Part shown: one piece after another, positions 1-13,413 of the stretch
Numbering within the stretch: the first letter of the stretch is position 1
How the letters are laid out: each line of letters starts with the position of its first letter
Source of the DNA: Adineta vaga
Lineage: Eukaryota > Animalia > Rotifera
Length of the DNA: 64,000 nucleotides
Assembly (NCBI GenBank): GCA_021613535.1
Contig: CP075497.1
Location: forward strand, 9,796,001 to 9,860,000
Direction of reading: 5' to 3'
The notes under the pieces: generated by a model
Database searches by the model: none
What the model saw: only the letters and a program-made list of their open reading frames with translations
What the model was told of the DNA's origin: nothing
Made by a program: the position numbers and the translations under genes

Positions 1-255
1 GGCGACAATGGTGCAATGAAAGTTGCGTATACTTTCGATGCTGGACCAAATCCATTTTGTTTCATTCGCGAAGAACATGTTCAAGAATTTCTAAAATTAC
101 TTAAATATATTTATCCAACAACGGATACTAATGTTCATAAACAAGTAGCGGATAGTGATGAAAAATTTCCTTCGATTAATGTATCAATTATGTCGAATGT
201 TCTCGAACGAATTGTACTGACAAAAATTGGTTCTGGCCCGAAAATAATTTCATAA
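1..255 (+). CDS. MVD: Diphosphomevalonate decarboxylase, 3' end (5'-truncated by the window)
   Basis: KVAYTFDAGPN is the conserved catalytic-Asp motif of MVD. The C-terminus RIVLTKIGSGPKIIS* matches the typical MVD ending (IIxTxVGxGP). Confidence 0.9.
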   Translation, partial: GDNGAMKVAYTFDAGPNPFCFIREEHVQEFLKLLKYIYPTTDTNVHKQVADSDEKFPSINVSIMSNVLERIVLTKIGSGPKIIS

Positions 256-373
256 TGACTTTTGTTATTTTCTGTTTTTGATTAGAAAAATAGTCTTTCA
301 TGATCGTTGATAACAATTAGATGTGATTAGTTCATTTAGGCATTCTTTTTAAAAAATCTTAATCTCTTTTTAG

Positions 374-1095
374 ATGATGATATCTAATAATTATCTATTT
401 TCCAGTTTATTAATATCTGCCTTATTTTATATCAGCCATGCATTTACTTTTCCAGTAAATAGGATGTATTTGTATGAAATGAATTGTACTTTTTCTTTTT
501 CATTTAAAATAGAAATTTCTGGATTTAAATTTGGCATGGAGAAATTGTGGACCTAGTTCAGATCCAATTCAATTAAAAAGTCTTTCGATTACACCTGATC
601 CAATTCGTATACCAGGTAACGAGACAGATATTCTTAAAATCAATGGTATAAATTCTGGTTCATATAGGAGGTCTTAATATTACTGGTTCAGCTGATGTTA
701 CAGTGCAAATTCCAGCAGATGTTTCTGTATTGTTTTATCTTCTCTCGATTCTCGTCTCATAATGATAATGTAACTTTGTTTAGGTATCTGTTACACTCGA
801 ACGTAAAGTTGGACCATTTTTTGTCAAAGTTCCATGTGTTGATAATTTTGGTTCATGTAAATATGGAAATGCTTGTGAATTATGGGCAGAATTTTGTCCA
901 AAGTATGCGGCACAATATGGCCTTCCATGTCAATGTCCTATTCCGGCGAATACATATTCCGTACAAAATGCAAATATAGTTGTTGATAAAAATGTTCCAG
1001 CAGAATTACTCGGTGAATATCGCGCTACTGTTGATATTGTCTCAAGTCAAAATCATCTTGGCTGTGTTTTTATTGATTTAACAGTCAAGAAATAA
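374..1095 (+). CDS. GM2A: GM2 ganglioside activator-like (ML domain) lipid-transfer protein, copy 1; 4 exons
   Basis: Signal peptide, then spliced exons reading WRNCGPSSDPIQLKSLSITPDPIRIPG ... LERKVGPFFVKVPCVDNFGSCKYGNAC ... GLPCQCPIP ... HLGCVFIDLTVKK*. These match GM2A hallmarks (W.NC, PDPI..PG, PC...GSC.Y, CHCP, LGC). Stop at 1093-1095. Confidence 0.9.
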
Positions 1096-1253
1096 TCAAA
1101 AGAATTCATTGCTCATTTCATCTATTTATTTGACATTCATCACTATTTTTCTCATCATTTTTTTCATCTGATTTTTTATTTTGTTTAATATTTTATTCAG
1201 CATAAGAAGAAAAAGCAATATTTAACTTTCTTTCAAATTTGTAACGAAAAAGA

Positions 1254-3192
1254 TTATTTAATTTCCCGTAGAATGATTTTATCTTCGAATATTGCTAAGA
1301 GAAACATGATGGTGACACCAAATAGAAAACCAATATTGACAACGAGAAATCGTTTGAATCCAACTTCTCCATCAGCTAACAATGTTGGTAGCTGAAAAAA
1401 AAGAAAATAGTACGATACATTTTTTTTGGGAGGGCCGGGGGAGGAACTTACTAAATCAACTAATGCAATGTACAGAAACATTCCAATAGTTGCTGCAAAT
1501 ATCCACTGACTAGTATTTTCATTAACTGATAACCAAGAACTCATAAGAAACCCAAGAATAGCCGTAGTTGCTGAAAGAAAATTCCATAATAATGCTTTAC
1601 AGTGTGAAAAACCAGATTGCAATAAAATAGCATAATCTCCTAAACAAATCAATCATTTTATTTGTCTATTTATGCAAAAATTCGTTCAAAAGAATTATTT
1701 TCTATTATTACTAACCCAGTTCATGTGGTAATTCATGACAAGCAACAGCAATGGCTGTTGTAATACCAAATGTCACACCTTCACTGAACGCTGCACCAAT
1801 TGCTAGGCCATCTGCAAAATTATGAATTGCATCACCAAATAATACCATCCAACCAGTTGATTTAATTGCTAAAAAAAAACGTATTTTTCTCAAGAAAATT
1901 TCTCCCGTATTTTCTACCTGTTAATTGTCTGAGAATAGGATTCATATAATCTGCACTTTCACTACATTGTGAATTACAAACTTTTGGTGTAGTTGAAAAT
2001 TCTTCGCCACTTGTTTTCAAGTTATCTTCTATAAATGGATTCGTAGTGACGTGAAGTTCATTAGAACAAACACATGGTGTACAAGGTGCGCTTGCATTAT
2101 TCATATGACTTTTCGCATTTGAATAGATTGATGGTGTTCTCAAATGTTGATGTAAATTATGATGAGTATGATTATGATGAAGATGACTATGTTCGATATC
2201 AGGATCTGAAGAAACACGTGTATATTGATGAATCTCATTGTGTTTGTGAGAATGATCAGAACTCTATAATGATATAATATCATTGAAAATGAATGTTTTG
2301 AAAGAAGAATTTAATCTTACGTGATCATGTTTATAATGGGCAAACCAATGAAGACACACTTCTAATAAATAAAAGAGATAGAGAACTAGAAAGAAAAAGA
2401 AATTCTTAAAGATATCTTTTCATTTTTAAGTATATTACTGAATACAGCTAATAAAACTTTCCATTGATAACTTGGAATCAGAGAAGTTGAATGATCGTGA
2501 TCATGATGGTGATCGTGATCATGATCATGGTGGTGATCATGATCATGATGATCGTTGAGTCCATGTGAATGTTTCTCAAAAACCTAGAATATTCAGTAAA
2601 TATAAATTGTTTTCAGTAGCAGATGTGAAATAATATATACAATGGGAATCAAATGAAACATCGCATCACCAAAAAGTGTTCCAATTGCAATTGCAGTAAA
2701 TAAATTTAGTACATATTTAAATGAGACTTTATAAAGAATGGGAAGTGCCAATAAACCAACTAACGATAATCCTGATATGATGATTACAGCAATAAAACCA
2801 TAAACATATTCTAAATAGCATGAATAAAAATTTGCATGGATATATGAATATTTCAAGTTAAAAAAACAAACATACGTTCAACAAACGTGGGTGGTTCACG
2901 TTTTTTTACTGGAGCAATTGTTTGATGAGTACATGATTTGTTCAAAATTGTTTGGATAAAATCGGTTTGGCATTCTTTTGCTAATTGAATTTCATTAAAT
3001 ACCTTTGAGACACGAGTATTATTTGTACCATCTGATGAACAAAGTGCATACGTTGCATCCGACTGAAAACACTATTCATTAATAACAAAGAAATACAAAG
3101 TGTCAAGTAAATAGAAAATCATAACTTACGGACGCATCATTTGTGTTCAGAAATAATAAAAAAATGAAACAAATACAAAGCAATAAATGCAT
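1254..3192 (-). CDS. ZIP (SLC39) zinc transporter, LIV-1 subfamily, copy 1; multi-exon
   Basis: Signal peptide [21 protein letters not shown]. Motifs [15 protein letters not shown], an (HD)n/H-rich loop at ~2495-2570, [28 protein letters not shown] (LIV-1 HEXPHEXGD) and [11 protein letters not shown]. Confidence 0.93.
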
Positions 3193-4144
3193 ATCTACAA
3201 TCGAAGATTAACTGTATTATACATTTAGTGACAGCCTATGAAAGGTATTATATATGGTGGACATCGACTGTTTATTAAGGCAAAGCTATGTCGACAAAAA
3301 ATTCTATCCCACCACCCCCGCCTATATTTAATATATATTTATCTGTAATTTTTGAAAGCCACTTTCAAAGTAATGTGTGCTAAAAAACATTTTTCTTTGA
3401 CTATAACAGAGAGAGAGATACCTGAGAAAATTTAACATTCTTTTAACCTGTGAAGAAATGGATTAACGTGCAATAATCAGAAGAAAAAAAAAACAGAATA
3501 TTTTCTGCTCCAATGTTTTTGCACATGAATGTATGCTCTATAGTCAACAATTTTCATTAAATTATTTCATTGTTGTATTCGGCATAACAAAAGTAAGATC
3601 ACTTGGCCGAAATACTATTGTAGAGCTTCTATCATAGGACAAATTATTTTAGTTGGAAAGAAGTAATACTAATGATAAAACAATCTAGCAGTGTTAATAT
3701 TCTCAATGTATATTCAATTGTAAGAGTAATTATCTTATAAAAAAATGTACTCAGTTATAAAAGGTGTCGAAGATAATCTAGAGTCATACAAAAAAAACAC
3801 TATTTCATGTATGTGTTTTGTTTCATATAACGTTTTTCATATCTCGTAAGGTCTACGTGACGGTCTGTATAATGCAAAATGTATCTGATAAGACTTATCT
3901 CTTAATTCTTTTTCATACGTATTAAAATATCGGGATACCCGCTTGGTCAACATATGAAAATTATTCAATAAAACAAATAAATATACATGACATGCTTTGA
4001 AACGATTTACTGTTTAGAAATAGTACGTATATGGTTTTTTATTTGAAAGAAAATACAAAAGACAGGTCTACATAAACTCTTATTAAAGAAGCGCTCCTTA
4101 ACTCTCAAAAACTAGACGATAAATCAAGAAAAAGAAGATGAAAA

Positions 4145-5912
4145 CTAATTTCCTAAATCAATCAATTTGTCTTCGAATATGGCCAGTACAAACATGATCG
4201 CCATACCGATCAAAAATCCAATGTTTACCAAAATGAAACGTTTCAAATTGACACGTCCTTCTGGTAATAATGTTGGTAACTGAAAACAGTCCGAGATTAA
4301 AAAGCATTAATTACTAATAAAGACTTACAAGATCAACTAGTGCAATGTATAAAAACATGCCAATCGTTACAGAAAATATCCATTGACGAGCACTTTCATT
4401 TGTCGAAACTGCTGCACCAACAAAGAAACCAATGAAAGCAGTTGTTGCCGAAATAAAATTCCAAAATAATGCTTGACGATGTGAAAAACCAGATTGAATC
4501 AATACAGCATAATCACCTATAAAACAAAATTATATGTACATCACCAGGGTCATCATGTCTTCTAGATCTCTCAATATTAAAATTAAAATACTTACCAAAT
4601 TCATGAGGTAGTTCATGACAACCGATTGCAATTGTTGTTGTGAGACCTAACATAAGTTCTTCGCTAAATGCAGCCCCAATAGCTAAGCCATCTGCAAAAT
4701 TATGGATACCATCGCCAATAATTATCATCCATCCAGTTACACGAGTAGCTAAAACAAAAAAGAAGAAAGATTTCTACAATGATTCTCATTTTCTCGTATA
4801 GATATATTTACTTTTGCGGGAATGACTATGGTTAGGATTAATATCTGCTTCCGGTTTTTGTGCTTGAAATTCACTGTTGTGATGAGAACAATTTCTTCCG
4901 ATACACGCAATTCCTAGTTCATTTTCATTATAATTATGTTGATGATTATGACCTTCAGCTTTATTTGCAATCTGTATAGAAAACACGCTTTGAAAAGAAT
5001 ATTGATATCAATAAAATAGAGCTATTACCTTATTTTCTCGTCTATATGCAATCCAATGAAGAAATACTTCCAGTAAATAGAATCCATAAAGGACTAGACA
5101 TCGAAATAAACTAGAACCTATCTTTTGTTTATAGTCATGCGCTGATACATACTCAATACAGCAGTGAACATTCTCCATTGATAAACAGGAACAGTTACCG
5201 ATGAATCCTCTTCTTCATGTTCGTGTTCATCTCCCTCATGACTATGAAGACCAAGTGCCTAAAGAAAACAAAATATTTTATGATCTTATATGTTTATCCA
5301 AAGATTCTTTGCATACAAATGGAATTAAATGAAACATCGCATCACCAAAAAGTGTTCCAACTGCTAGAGCAGTAAATGTTGCAAGCACGTATTCAAATGA
5401 AGCTCTATAAACAAGTGGAAAGGCAAATAATCCACCCAATGATAATACCGATATAATAAAGACAGCAAGAAATCCATAGCCATATCCTATAAAAATTCAT
5501 TTCTAAGTTTTCGATACGTAACTTTGAATATATGATGATACTCATACAAATATAGTCATAATTCAATTGTAAAAAACATACTCTGAGAAGTAGATGGACC
5601 TTCATTTTCCGTTTCTTCTTCTTCACATACTGAATTTTCGAGAGTTTCCGTCACAAAATGTTCATGACATTCTGTTCCTAGTGATTCAGCAGTAAATGAT
5701 TCGGAAACTAATGTTATATTTTCACCCTCAACCATACACAGAGAAAACGTAGCATTTCGTGCGATACACTTAACAATTTTAAAAGAACACAATCTAATGA
5801 ATAACTGTATATATTTAGTTATGAAACTTACTGATCCTTCTTGTTCTTCCTCTGCTTTAATCAATGTTGTCGTGAGTAGAACAATCAATTGAATATAGAC
5901 ACAAACCTTCAT
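4145..5912 (-). CDS. ZIP (SLC39) zinc transporter, LIV-1 subfamily, copy 2; multi-exon
   Basis: Signal peptide [20 protein letters not shown]. Motifs [43 protein letters not shown] and [11 protein letters not shown]. Intron layout parallels copy 1. Stop TAG at 4145-4147. Confidence 0.93.
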
Positions 5913-6609
5913 TGCTAAATAAAAACAATGCATTTTTACTTTACATTCAAAATCTTATAAAGAGTAAATGAGCAAGTTTATAATAAAATCTGTTCTATGA
6001 CTATCTGAATGGATTTGACCATAGTTTACTTCTAATATATATCATTCTATTCATATGTATTCAAGGTTACGCTTTATTGATGAATATTTAATGCATATAT
6101 AACGAATCTTAAGGTATTTTGCTGGCAGAACTTATATATAATCTAAAAAATCTTTATTATCTGTGTTCTTTCACCGTCATTCTATCGTCGTCGGTCATAT
6201 TACCTTGATAATAGAGACACATGGCTCGAATATGACTGTTAAGTAAATCATTCAGTTATGGTTTTTGATTGCCCGTATCTTTAAGTATCGTCGTATGTAT
6301 AGAATGTATTAAAAAAATAAGCATACCTCGCCAACAAAGTATGTTGATCCTAATACAGGTGAAATCTAACGCACTGATTTATAATTAGTAGATCGCAAAT
6401 AGTAGTCAAAACAAATAACCACGCTCAGTGTCAAGTATTGTTTTACTAACAAACTATGTGTATGTAAAAAACGGCATTATTCTCATTGCATTGTGATGTT
6501 GAAATCTGCGATGCAAATGCAGTATAGTCACTACTTACTTGTATAATGGCTGAAAATGCTTGGATTGAAATGGAAAATGAATGAAACAGACACTGTATAA
6601 ATATATGTA

Positions 6610-6895
6610 CCTGAGAGAGTGAAAGAGAGAGCGAATAAAATAAAATGTAAAAACAAGATTCATAGAAGCCCATAAATCTATCTAGCTTTGACTGCTACTC
6701 ACAGAGAGAGTAGATGAGGGAGGACAAGAGCAGGTGAGGGAGAGAGAGAAAGAGAGAGATAATAAGAGAGGGGACAGCAGTTAGAGATTGATTAGAGACC
6801 AGAGATCGAAGGTGAGAGAGAAAGAGAGAAATACGATAGAGAAGTAAATAAGACACCGACAGGCAGAGCGAGAGAGAGAGAGAAAAAGAGAAACA
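6610..6895. repeat. (GA)n-rich low-complexity tract between the divergently oriented ZIP copy 2 and GM2A copy 2
   Basis: Many interrupted GAGAGA runs. These generate the spurious SLSLSL ORFs at 6446-7035. Confidence 0.7.
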
Positions 6896-7629
6896 GTAAA
6901 ATAGAAAAGTCTGCCTTGTCCGCACGTACCTTTTTGAGTACCTTTTTTCCTTTCCACGGATGAATGACCAATACAATACTGCGGATACCTTGTGCACATA
7001 TTTTCAATATTAATATCCCTTATTTTCATAAACAAAGCTTCTGTCGTAAACGATTTGACGACGTTTTGGGCAATTAAACCACTCGAAACGACTTCCTTAA
7101 TATGACTAATACATCATCCGATATTCTATGGCTCAATTATTTTCCTTTACAAGATCGATATCCCATGAAGTTTGTGTTGATGAATTTGATACATGTAGTT
7201 TCTAATCCTTTCTAAATGCTTTTCAATCATCGTCTTATTTTTATCATATGATATTTGTTTTCACGTCTAATGGTGAAATCAGATCATGCATTTACATTGC
7301 AAATGCTAAATAATCCTATTGTATTTAAAATTTGCCTTTGTTTTCTGTTGGTTTATTCAAATTTTGTCTGTCAAAACTGAATAATATTCGCTAGTTGAAT
7401 TAAAATCAAAAAGAGATAAAGCAAACACTTGAAAAAGATACATTTTTTATGATAAAAAAAGCAAGCCGTTCTTCTCACTTTTTTTTTCTTTTATTCATGC
7501 AGTTTTCTTTATCTTCAACGGTGAATTCTTATCTTTTTCGAAGATGGTAAAGTTAGAAATTTATCATATATATATAAAGGCATAATTTCATCATTTTCCG
7601 TCAGATTTAGAATTCTCTCGTATCAGACC

Positions 7630-8349
7630 ATGGCATTTCGTATTCATTTACTTTTCATAACTACTATATTGTTTCTTCTGTCTTTCTATGATGCTAACGG
7701 ATTTGTAACAAATCAAAAAGTAAATTCAACAATTTTATAAGATGTTTTATTTTCTCCGTTATATTTTATAGCAACTCCGAATTGCGAGTTTTTCATGGCA
7801 AAATTGTGGACCATCCAGTGATCCCATTCAGATTAGATCACTTTCCGTCACTCCAGATCCGATTCAAGTACCAGGTATACTTTTTTTTCGAGTTAAAAAT
7901 CATTAAATTCCCTAGTAATCCTATAGGAAACATTACGATCGATCTTTCCGTTAATGTCGCATCAACAATTCCAGACGATATTCATGTATGAAGACGAATG
8001 CCACAAGAAATAAACTTGAATATCTCTCTAATTTTAGGTTGCAGTAACTATGGAACGAAAAGTTGGCGGTTTCTTTGTTAAAATTCCATGCATCGATAAT
8101 TTTGGTTCATGTACTTATGGAGATCTCTGTAAAGATTGGGCTGAAGTTTGTCCAAAATATTTTGAAAAATATGGTATTCCATGCAGTTGTCCAATTCCAC
8201 CGAAGACTTATGCTGTTCAAGATGCTTCGTTCCCGATTACAGGAAAATTACCATCTGTAAGTGACGGTGATTATCGAATTACTGGTGATCTTGCTTCCAG
8301 TACAGCTCATCTTGGTTGTATTAAACTTCAAATCGCTCTTAAAGGTTAA
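7630..8349 (+). CDS. GM2A: GM2 ganglioside activator-like protein, copy 2; 4 exons
   Basis: Signal peptide MAFRIHLLFITT... Exons read FSWQNCGPSSDPIQIRSLSVTPDPIQVPG and MERKVGGFFVKIPCIDNFGSCTYGDLC...GIPCSCPIPP...HLGCIKLQIALKG*. Intron layout matches copy 1. Confidence 0.92.
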
Positions 8350-9935
8350 TTTCTAATCACCATAATGATTTATATAAATATATATAATAAAAACTAAGCA
8401 CCATCGATTTTATTTAAATAAATAAAAATTACGTAAACGATTAAATCTTTCTCAAGTCTGTAGAATCAAAAAAAACAGTTACATATTTCTTAGCATCAAA
8501 TGATATTCTTGCTATGTGCACTGATACCACCATTTTTTTCCTCTTCAATCTAACGGATATCGATATGCTTGTCTTATAAAGCATGCATATCAAAGATTCT
8601 TATTATAAACAATTTTTCGTGTTTTTGTTCTGTATAATTCACAATCAGACACGTACTCATACTCGTTCGACACCCACATATATATCAACCTCCATGCAAA
8701 TACCAGTAGCGAATTTGTATATTATAAGCACTGTATTCTTCTTTTCATTTTCAACCATATCAGAAAGAAGAATAACGGTACCAGACAATATCAAATCGTA
8801 GAACGGTAAGAGTTAATAACTTATGCAATAGAGTTTGATTTCATTCTTCAAAAGTCACGAACGATTTCTCCAGATTTTACTTGACATTCAGTTTATTATT
8901 CAGCAATCCTATGTATCCTATTGAAAGCAATAGATGATTAACACTGTCGTTCTAATCACTATTACATAACTACTATCGATACTACGAGAAGAGAAGATAA
9001 AATCAATCGTGTTTTTTTCACACTAATGTTTCATCACTATCTCATAATAGTTATTAACATGAATGTTACATTCTTTTGCATAAGCTTTGCATGTTTAGAT
9101 GATCCATCATCTGCAGTTGTTTTCTACTAAATAAAGATTTTATACTATGAAGATTTTCGAACGATAGATCCATCAATTTTTTTCTTATTATTACTATTAT
9201 TATACTATGTATATCATTTTATCATATCAGAAATGATTTCGTTTGTATACAATAGAAGTGTAATGTTTCACAGTCATGTTTTGAAGTTGTATATGTTTAT
9301 GTATTCTTTGGTGTTCTCATCCTTTCCGTTCGTAACATGTAACTATATATGTAAATATGAAAAGAAGAGAGAAAAAGAAAGAGAGAATGCCACTTGGTAT
9401 ACACATTCTATCAGCATGTACATAATGAATTAGTATTGGTCGACGAACTAGCCGTTTGAATATAATAATACATCAGAGTGAGGAGACAGAGAGAAGAAGT
9501 CGAAATATTCACTTTCTCCCTTAGAGAACACCTCCTTTTTTTTACTATAGTATGGATGACAGTGACGAGAACGACCCACCGGTCACTTGATCATTTTTCT
9601 TCTATTCTTCTTATATATAAGAAGATTGGTTGATGGATGAATGTATGTGTGCATACATACATACATGTCCAACAGCGATGTTTTTGCCCTTCTATAGACA
9701 AAGAGAGACTAGAACCATTCACATGGCAGACACGATGTCGTCTATCTTCGTTCTATATGAGGAGAAACAAAAAAGAGAGAAAGAGGAAGAAAGAAAGAAA
9801 ACACATTGCTGACCTGTCCATTCATTGTTTATTTCCTTGTTTTGTTAGATTTCCTTGTTCATTTATTGTTTTTACTCGACATTTTTATATAATATATGGA
9901 ATTAATAAATGAATTTTTTTTCTCTCTCTCTTTAG

Positions 9936-11457
9936 ATGTCACTCTATTTAGTCACAGACGCTTTTCGTAAACTCGGTTCGCCGGGTATTAAAAATGATGA
10001 TTTCTATGATCGTTTAAGTCGTAAATATTCCATGATACTTCTTGGAATCTCATTTTTAATTGTTAGTTCATCACAATTTGTTGGCCATCCAATTAATTGT
10101 TATACACAAAATATTGCGGGTAGTCATACAACTTATGTTAATTGGGTCTGTTGGATAAGTTCGTCATATTATGTACCATTTGAAAAACCATTACCAACAC
10201 GTTATGAACAAGTACCCGAGAAAATGTGAGTGTAAATGATAAAAATTTAGAAAAAAAAAGAAATTTTATTGTTGATATTTTTTTCAGTCCTTATTATCAA
10301 TGGGTACCATTTATTCTTCTTTGTATGATGTTTCTTTTTTACTTACCGGGTTTCGTATGGCGTAATTTGAATAAAGCATGTGGAATTAATACAAAAGTGA
10401 TTACAAAGATGGTTGCGGATATGGATCAATTAGATGGAGAAAAACGAGAAAAAGCCGTACGAGGTTTAGCTAAACATATTGATAAAGCTTTAGCTTATCA
10501 TCGAGAATATGATCATGGTTTTCTGTATGTTTGAATCTTATTATTAAATCAAGTTATACTTTATTTTTATGTCCATTTAGATATAATATTCGTCGACGTG
10601 CTGGTTCAATTCTTTGTTGTGGTTGTGGACGTCATTCAGGCAATCATTTAGCAATAACCTATATCTTTGTAAAAATCTTATACATTGCTAATGCTATTGG
10701 TCAATTATTTCTTTTGAATGTTTTCATGGGACGTGGATTTAGTTTAATCGGTCTTGAAACAATTCAACGTTGGCTCAATGGTCAAGATATGGAAGCAATC
10801 GAACGTTTTCCACGTATTACTATGTGTAAATTTATTATTCGTACACTTGGTGATAATATTCAACCATATGATGTTCAATGTCTATTGCCAATTAATATCT
10901 ACAATGAAAAAGTAAGAAATTATAAGAAAAATCCAATTTATTGATTTGATAATGATCAACAAATTTAGATCTTTTTATTAATTTGGTTTTGGCTTGCTTT
11001 TGTTGCTGCTGCTTCAATCTATGGTTTAATTAAATGGTTATTTTATTTCTCATCAAATGCTCGAACAAATTTTGTTCGTCGTTTTTTGAAAGCTAATGAT
11101 ATTCGTTATTATACATCATCAACAACATCGTCATCAACTGGTATTGTTTCCAGTCACGATCATGATCATGCACCAGTTAAACGTGTCGAAGAATTTGTCA
11201 ATAGTTATTGTCGTCAAGATGGTATTCTTCTCTTACGTATTGTGAAAAAGAATACAAATAATGTTATTGCTGGTGAAGTTGTTTGTGCATTATGGGATAA
11301 TTGGAAAGTAATGCCACAAATTCGTTTCAATGCTTCACCTGAATCAGATAATGGTGGTCAAATTATTGGTGTGGGTGTGAATAATTCTAGGAAACAAAAT
11401 GGTGCTGGTGAAGGCAACGAGAAATTATTACCACCTATGTCGGGCATATTATCATGA
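9936..11457 (+). CDS. Innexin (gap-junction protein), copy 1; 4 exons
   Basis: DDFYDRLS, QFVGHPINC, VNWVCWI, PYYQWVPFIL (innexin YYQW), FPRITMCKF and QCLLPINIYNEKIFLLIWFW. Confidence 0.96.
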
Positions 11458-11889
11458 GTATTTAGAATTACAAAAACAAAATAGAGACATTAAATGAGCC
11501 CTTTGAAAAGAGGATGATGATAATGTTGTTTTGGTTCTTTTTTCTTTCTTTCTTTCTTTCTTTTTTGCTGCAGTCGTGTATTCTTTTTTTTCATTTATTC
11601 TTTTCTTGTATACATTCAATTCATCAGAACTTGATATCTACGTCTTTGGATTATTATCATTCTATGTTTCCCAACTGCTTTTCTCTCTTCTATTTCTGTA
11701 GTGGTAATAATAAAACTTTTGTGAAACTGATTCGAATATGCTTTTCTGGGAGGTAAACATTCGATTCATAAGAAAAGAGAGAAAAGATATATATATATAC
11801 ATGCTTGATTGGATAGAATAAGAAAAAGAAAAAAACACTGAACAGTTTGTGCATCGTGTTAGTAGTAATCGAAAATCTTAGAATAAAAT

Positions 11890-13413
11890 ATGTTATATCC
11901 CGTTGTTGATGCTTTTCAAAAGCTTGGTTTACCACGTATCAAAAATGACGATTTTTATGATCGACTTAGTCGAAGATATTCGATGATTCTCATCGGTATT
12001 TGTTTTATTATTGTAACATCAACTAATTTTGTTGGAAATCCAATTCATTGTTTTACACAAATGGTCGATAGTCAATATAAAGTCGATTATGTTAATTGGG
12101 TTTGTTGGATTAGTTCATCCTATTATTTACCATTTGATAAACCATTACCAAATCGAAATCAAACACGACCAGAAAGAATGTTCGTAAAGAAAAAGAATTT
12201 TATTTTGTTAATATAGTTGTTTTATTTTAGTCCGTATTATCAATGGGTTCCATTTATTCTATTTACAATGATGATGCTTTTCTATGTACCAGGATTTATT
12301 TGGCGAAAATTGAATCGAAGTTGTGGTATTGATACAAAAGTAATTACAAATTTAATGACTGAAATGGATCCATTGAATAGTGAAAATCGAAAAGAAGCAA
12401 TGATGTCATTAGCAAAACATATTGATCGGGGTTTAACATATCATCGAGAATATCATCATGGATTTATGTAAGAACTTTCATCTCTTATAAATACATTCTT
12501 TGTTATTATGCATAGATATAGTACATGGAAACGGTTTTCATGTTTATTATGTTGTACAATAGGTCGACGTTCAGGAAATTATTTAGCTTTTGGTTATATT
12601 ATTGTTAAATTACTTTATATTGTTAATGCTATTGGTCAACTATTTCTTTTGAACGTTTTTATTGGCGAACGATTTTATTGGTATGGATTTGATATTCTAC
12701 AGAAATGGTTTCATGGTCAAGAAGTCGAAGCTTTAGAACGTTTTCCTCGTATAACAATGTGTCGATTTATTTTACGAACACTTGGTGATAATATTCAACC
12801 GTATGATGTACAATGTCTTCTACCAAATAATATCTATAATGAAAAAGTAGAGAACAATGAATTTTAACGTTGAATTGAATTAATTCATTTAGATCTTTCT
12901 ATTTCTTTGGTTTTGGCTTGCATTTGTTTCATTTGCATCTATCTATGGTTTAGCGAAATGGTTCCATTATTTTACATTAAAGTCACGTAAAAATTTTATT
13001 CGTCGTTTTCTCAAAGCAAATGGAGTAGATTATTATTCGGTAAATGTAGCGAATTATGATACAGAAATGCTTCGAACATTTGTCGATAGATATTGTCGAC
13101 AAGATGGAGTTCTTTTGTAAGTTTAACTTGAATTCTAACCATGATTGAATTTATCTTTAATTCTTTCGAAAGATTACGTATTATTACTGCAAATATGAAC
13201 AATGTTATTGTTGGTGAACTTATATGTGCTCTATGGGATAATTGGCAACTACAACGAAAGGTTCATGTCAATACTTTATCTCAACATATCGAGAATAATA
13301 AAGGAAAACTATTGGATGATCATGATAGTAATCATTCGACATTGGTACCATCAAAAGTAGGAACATTAAGTATTCATGATGATCGATATACATTATTACC
13401 ACCAAGAATTTAA
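11890..13413 (+). CDS. Innexin, copy 2; 5 exons
   Basis: Same motifs as copy 1 (DDFYDRLS, PIHCF, PYYQWVPF, FPRITMCRF, QCLLPNNIYNEKIFLFLWFW). Has an extra intron at 13117-13172. Confidence 0.96.

Noticed and set aside
695-979. 94-aa ORF, also 7782-7991 and 8063-8260
   Set aside because: Off-frame readings of GM2A exons.
2495-2570. GATCAT-type periodic repeat considered as an array
   Set aside because: It encodes the ZIP His-Asp loop. There is no repeat-spacer structure, so it is not CRISPR-like.
6446-7035. Four overlapping minus-strand ORFs
   Set aside because: They are translations of (GA)n tracts (SLSLSL) with no domain signal.
3200-7600. Metal-response elements (TGCRCNC) upstream of the ZIP genes
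   Set aside because: Only TGCACAT near-matches were seen (~3520, ~6993), with no full consensus.
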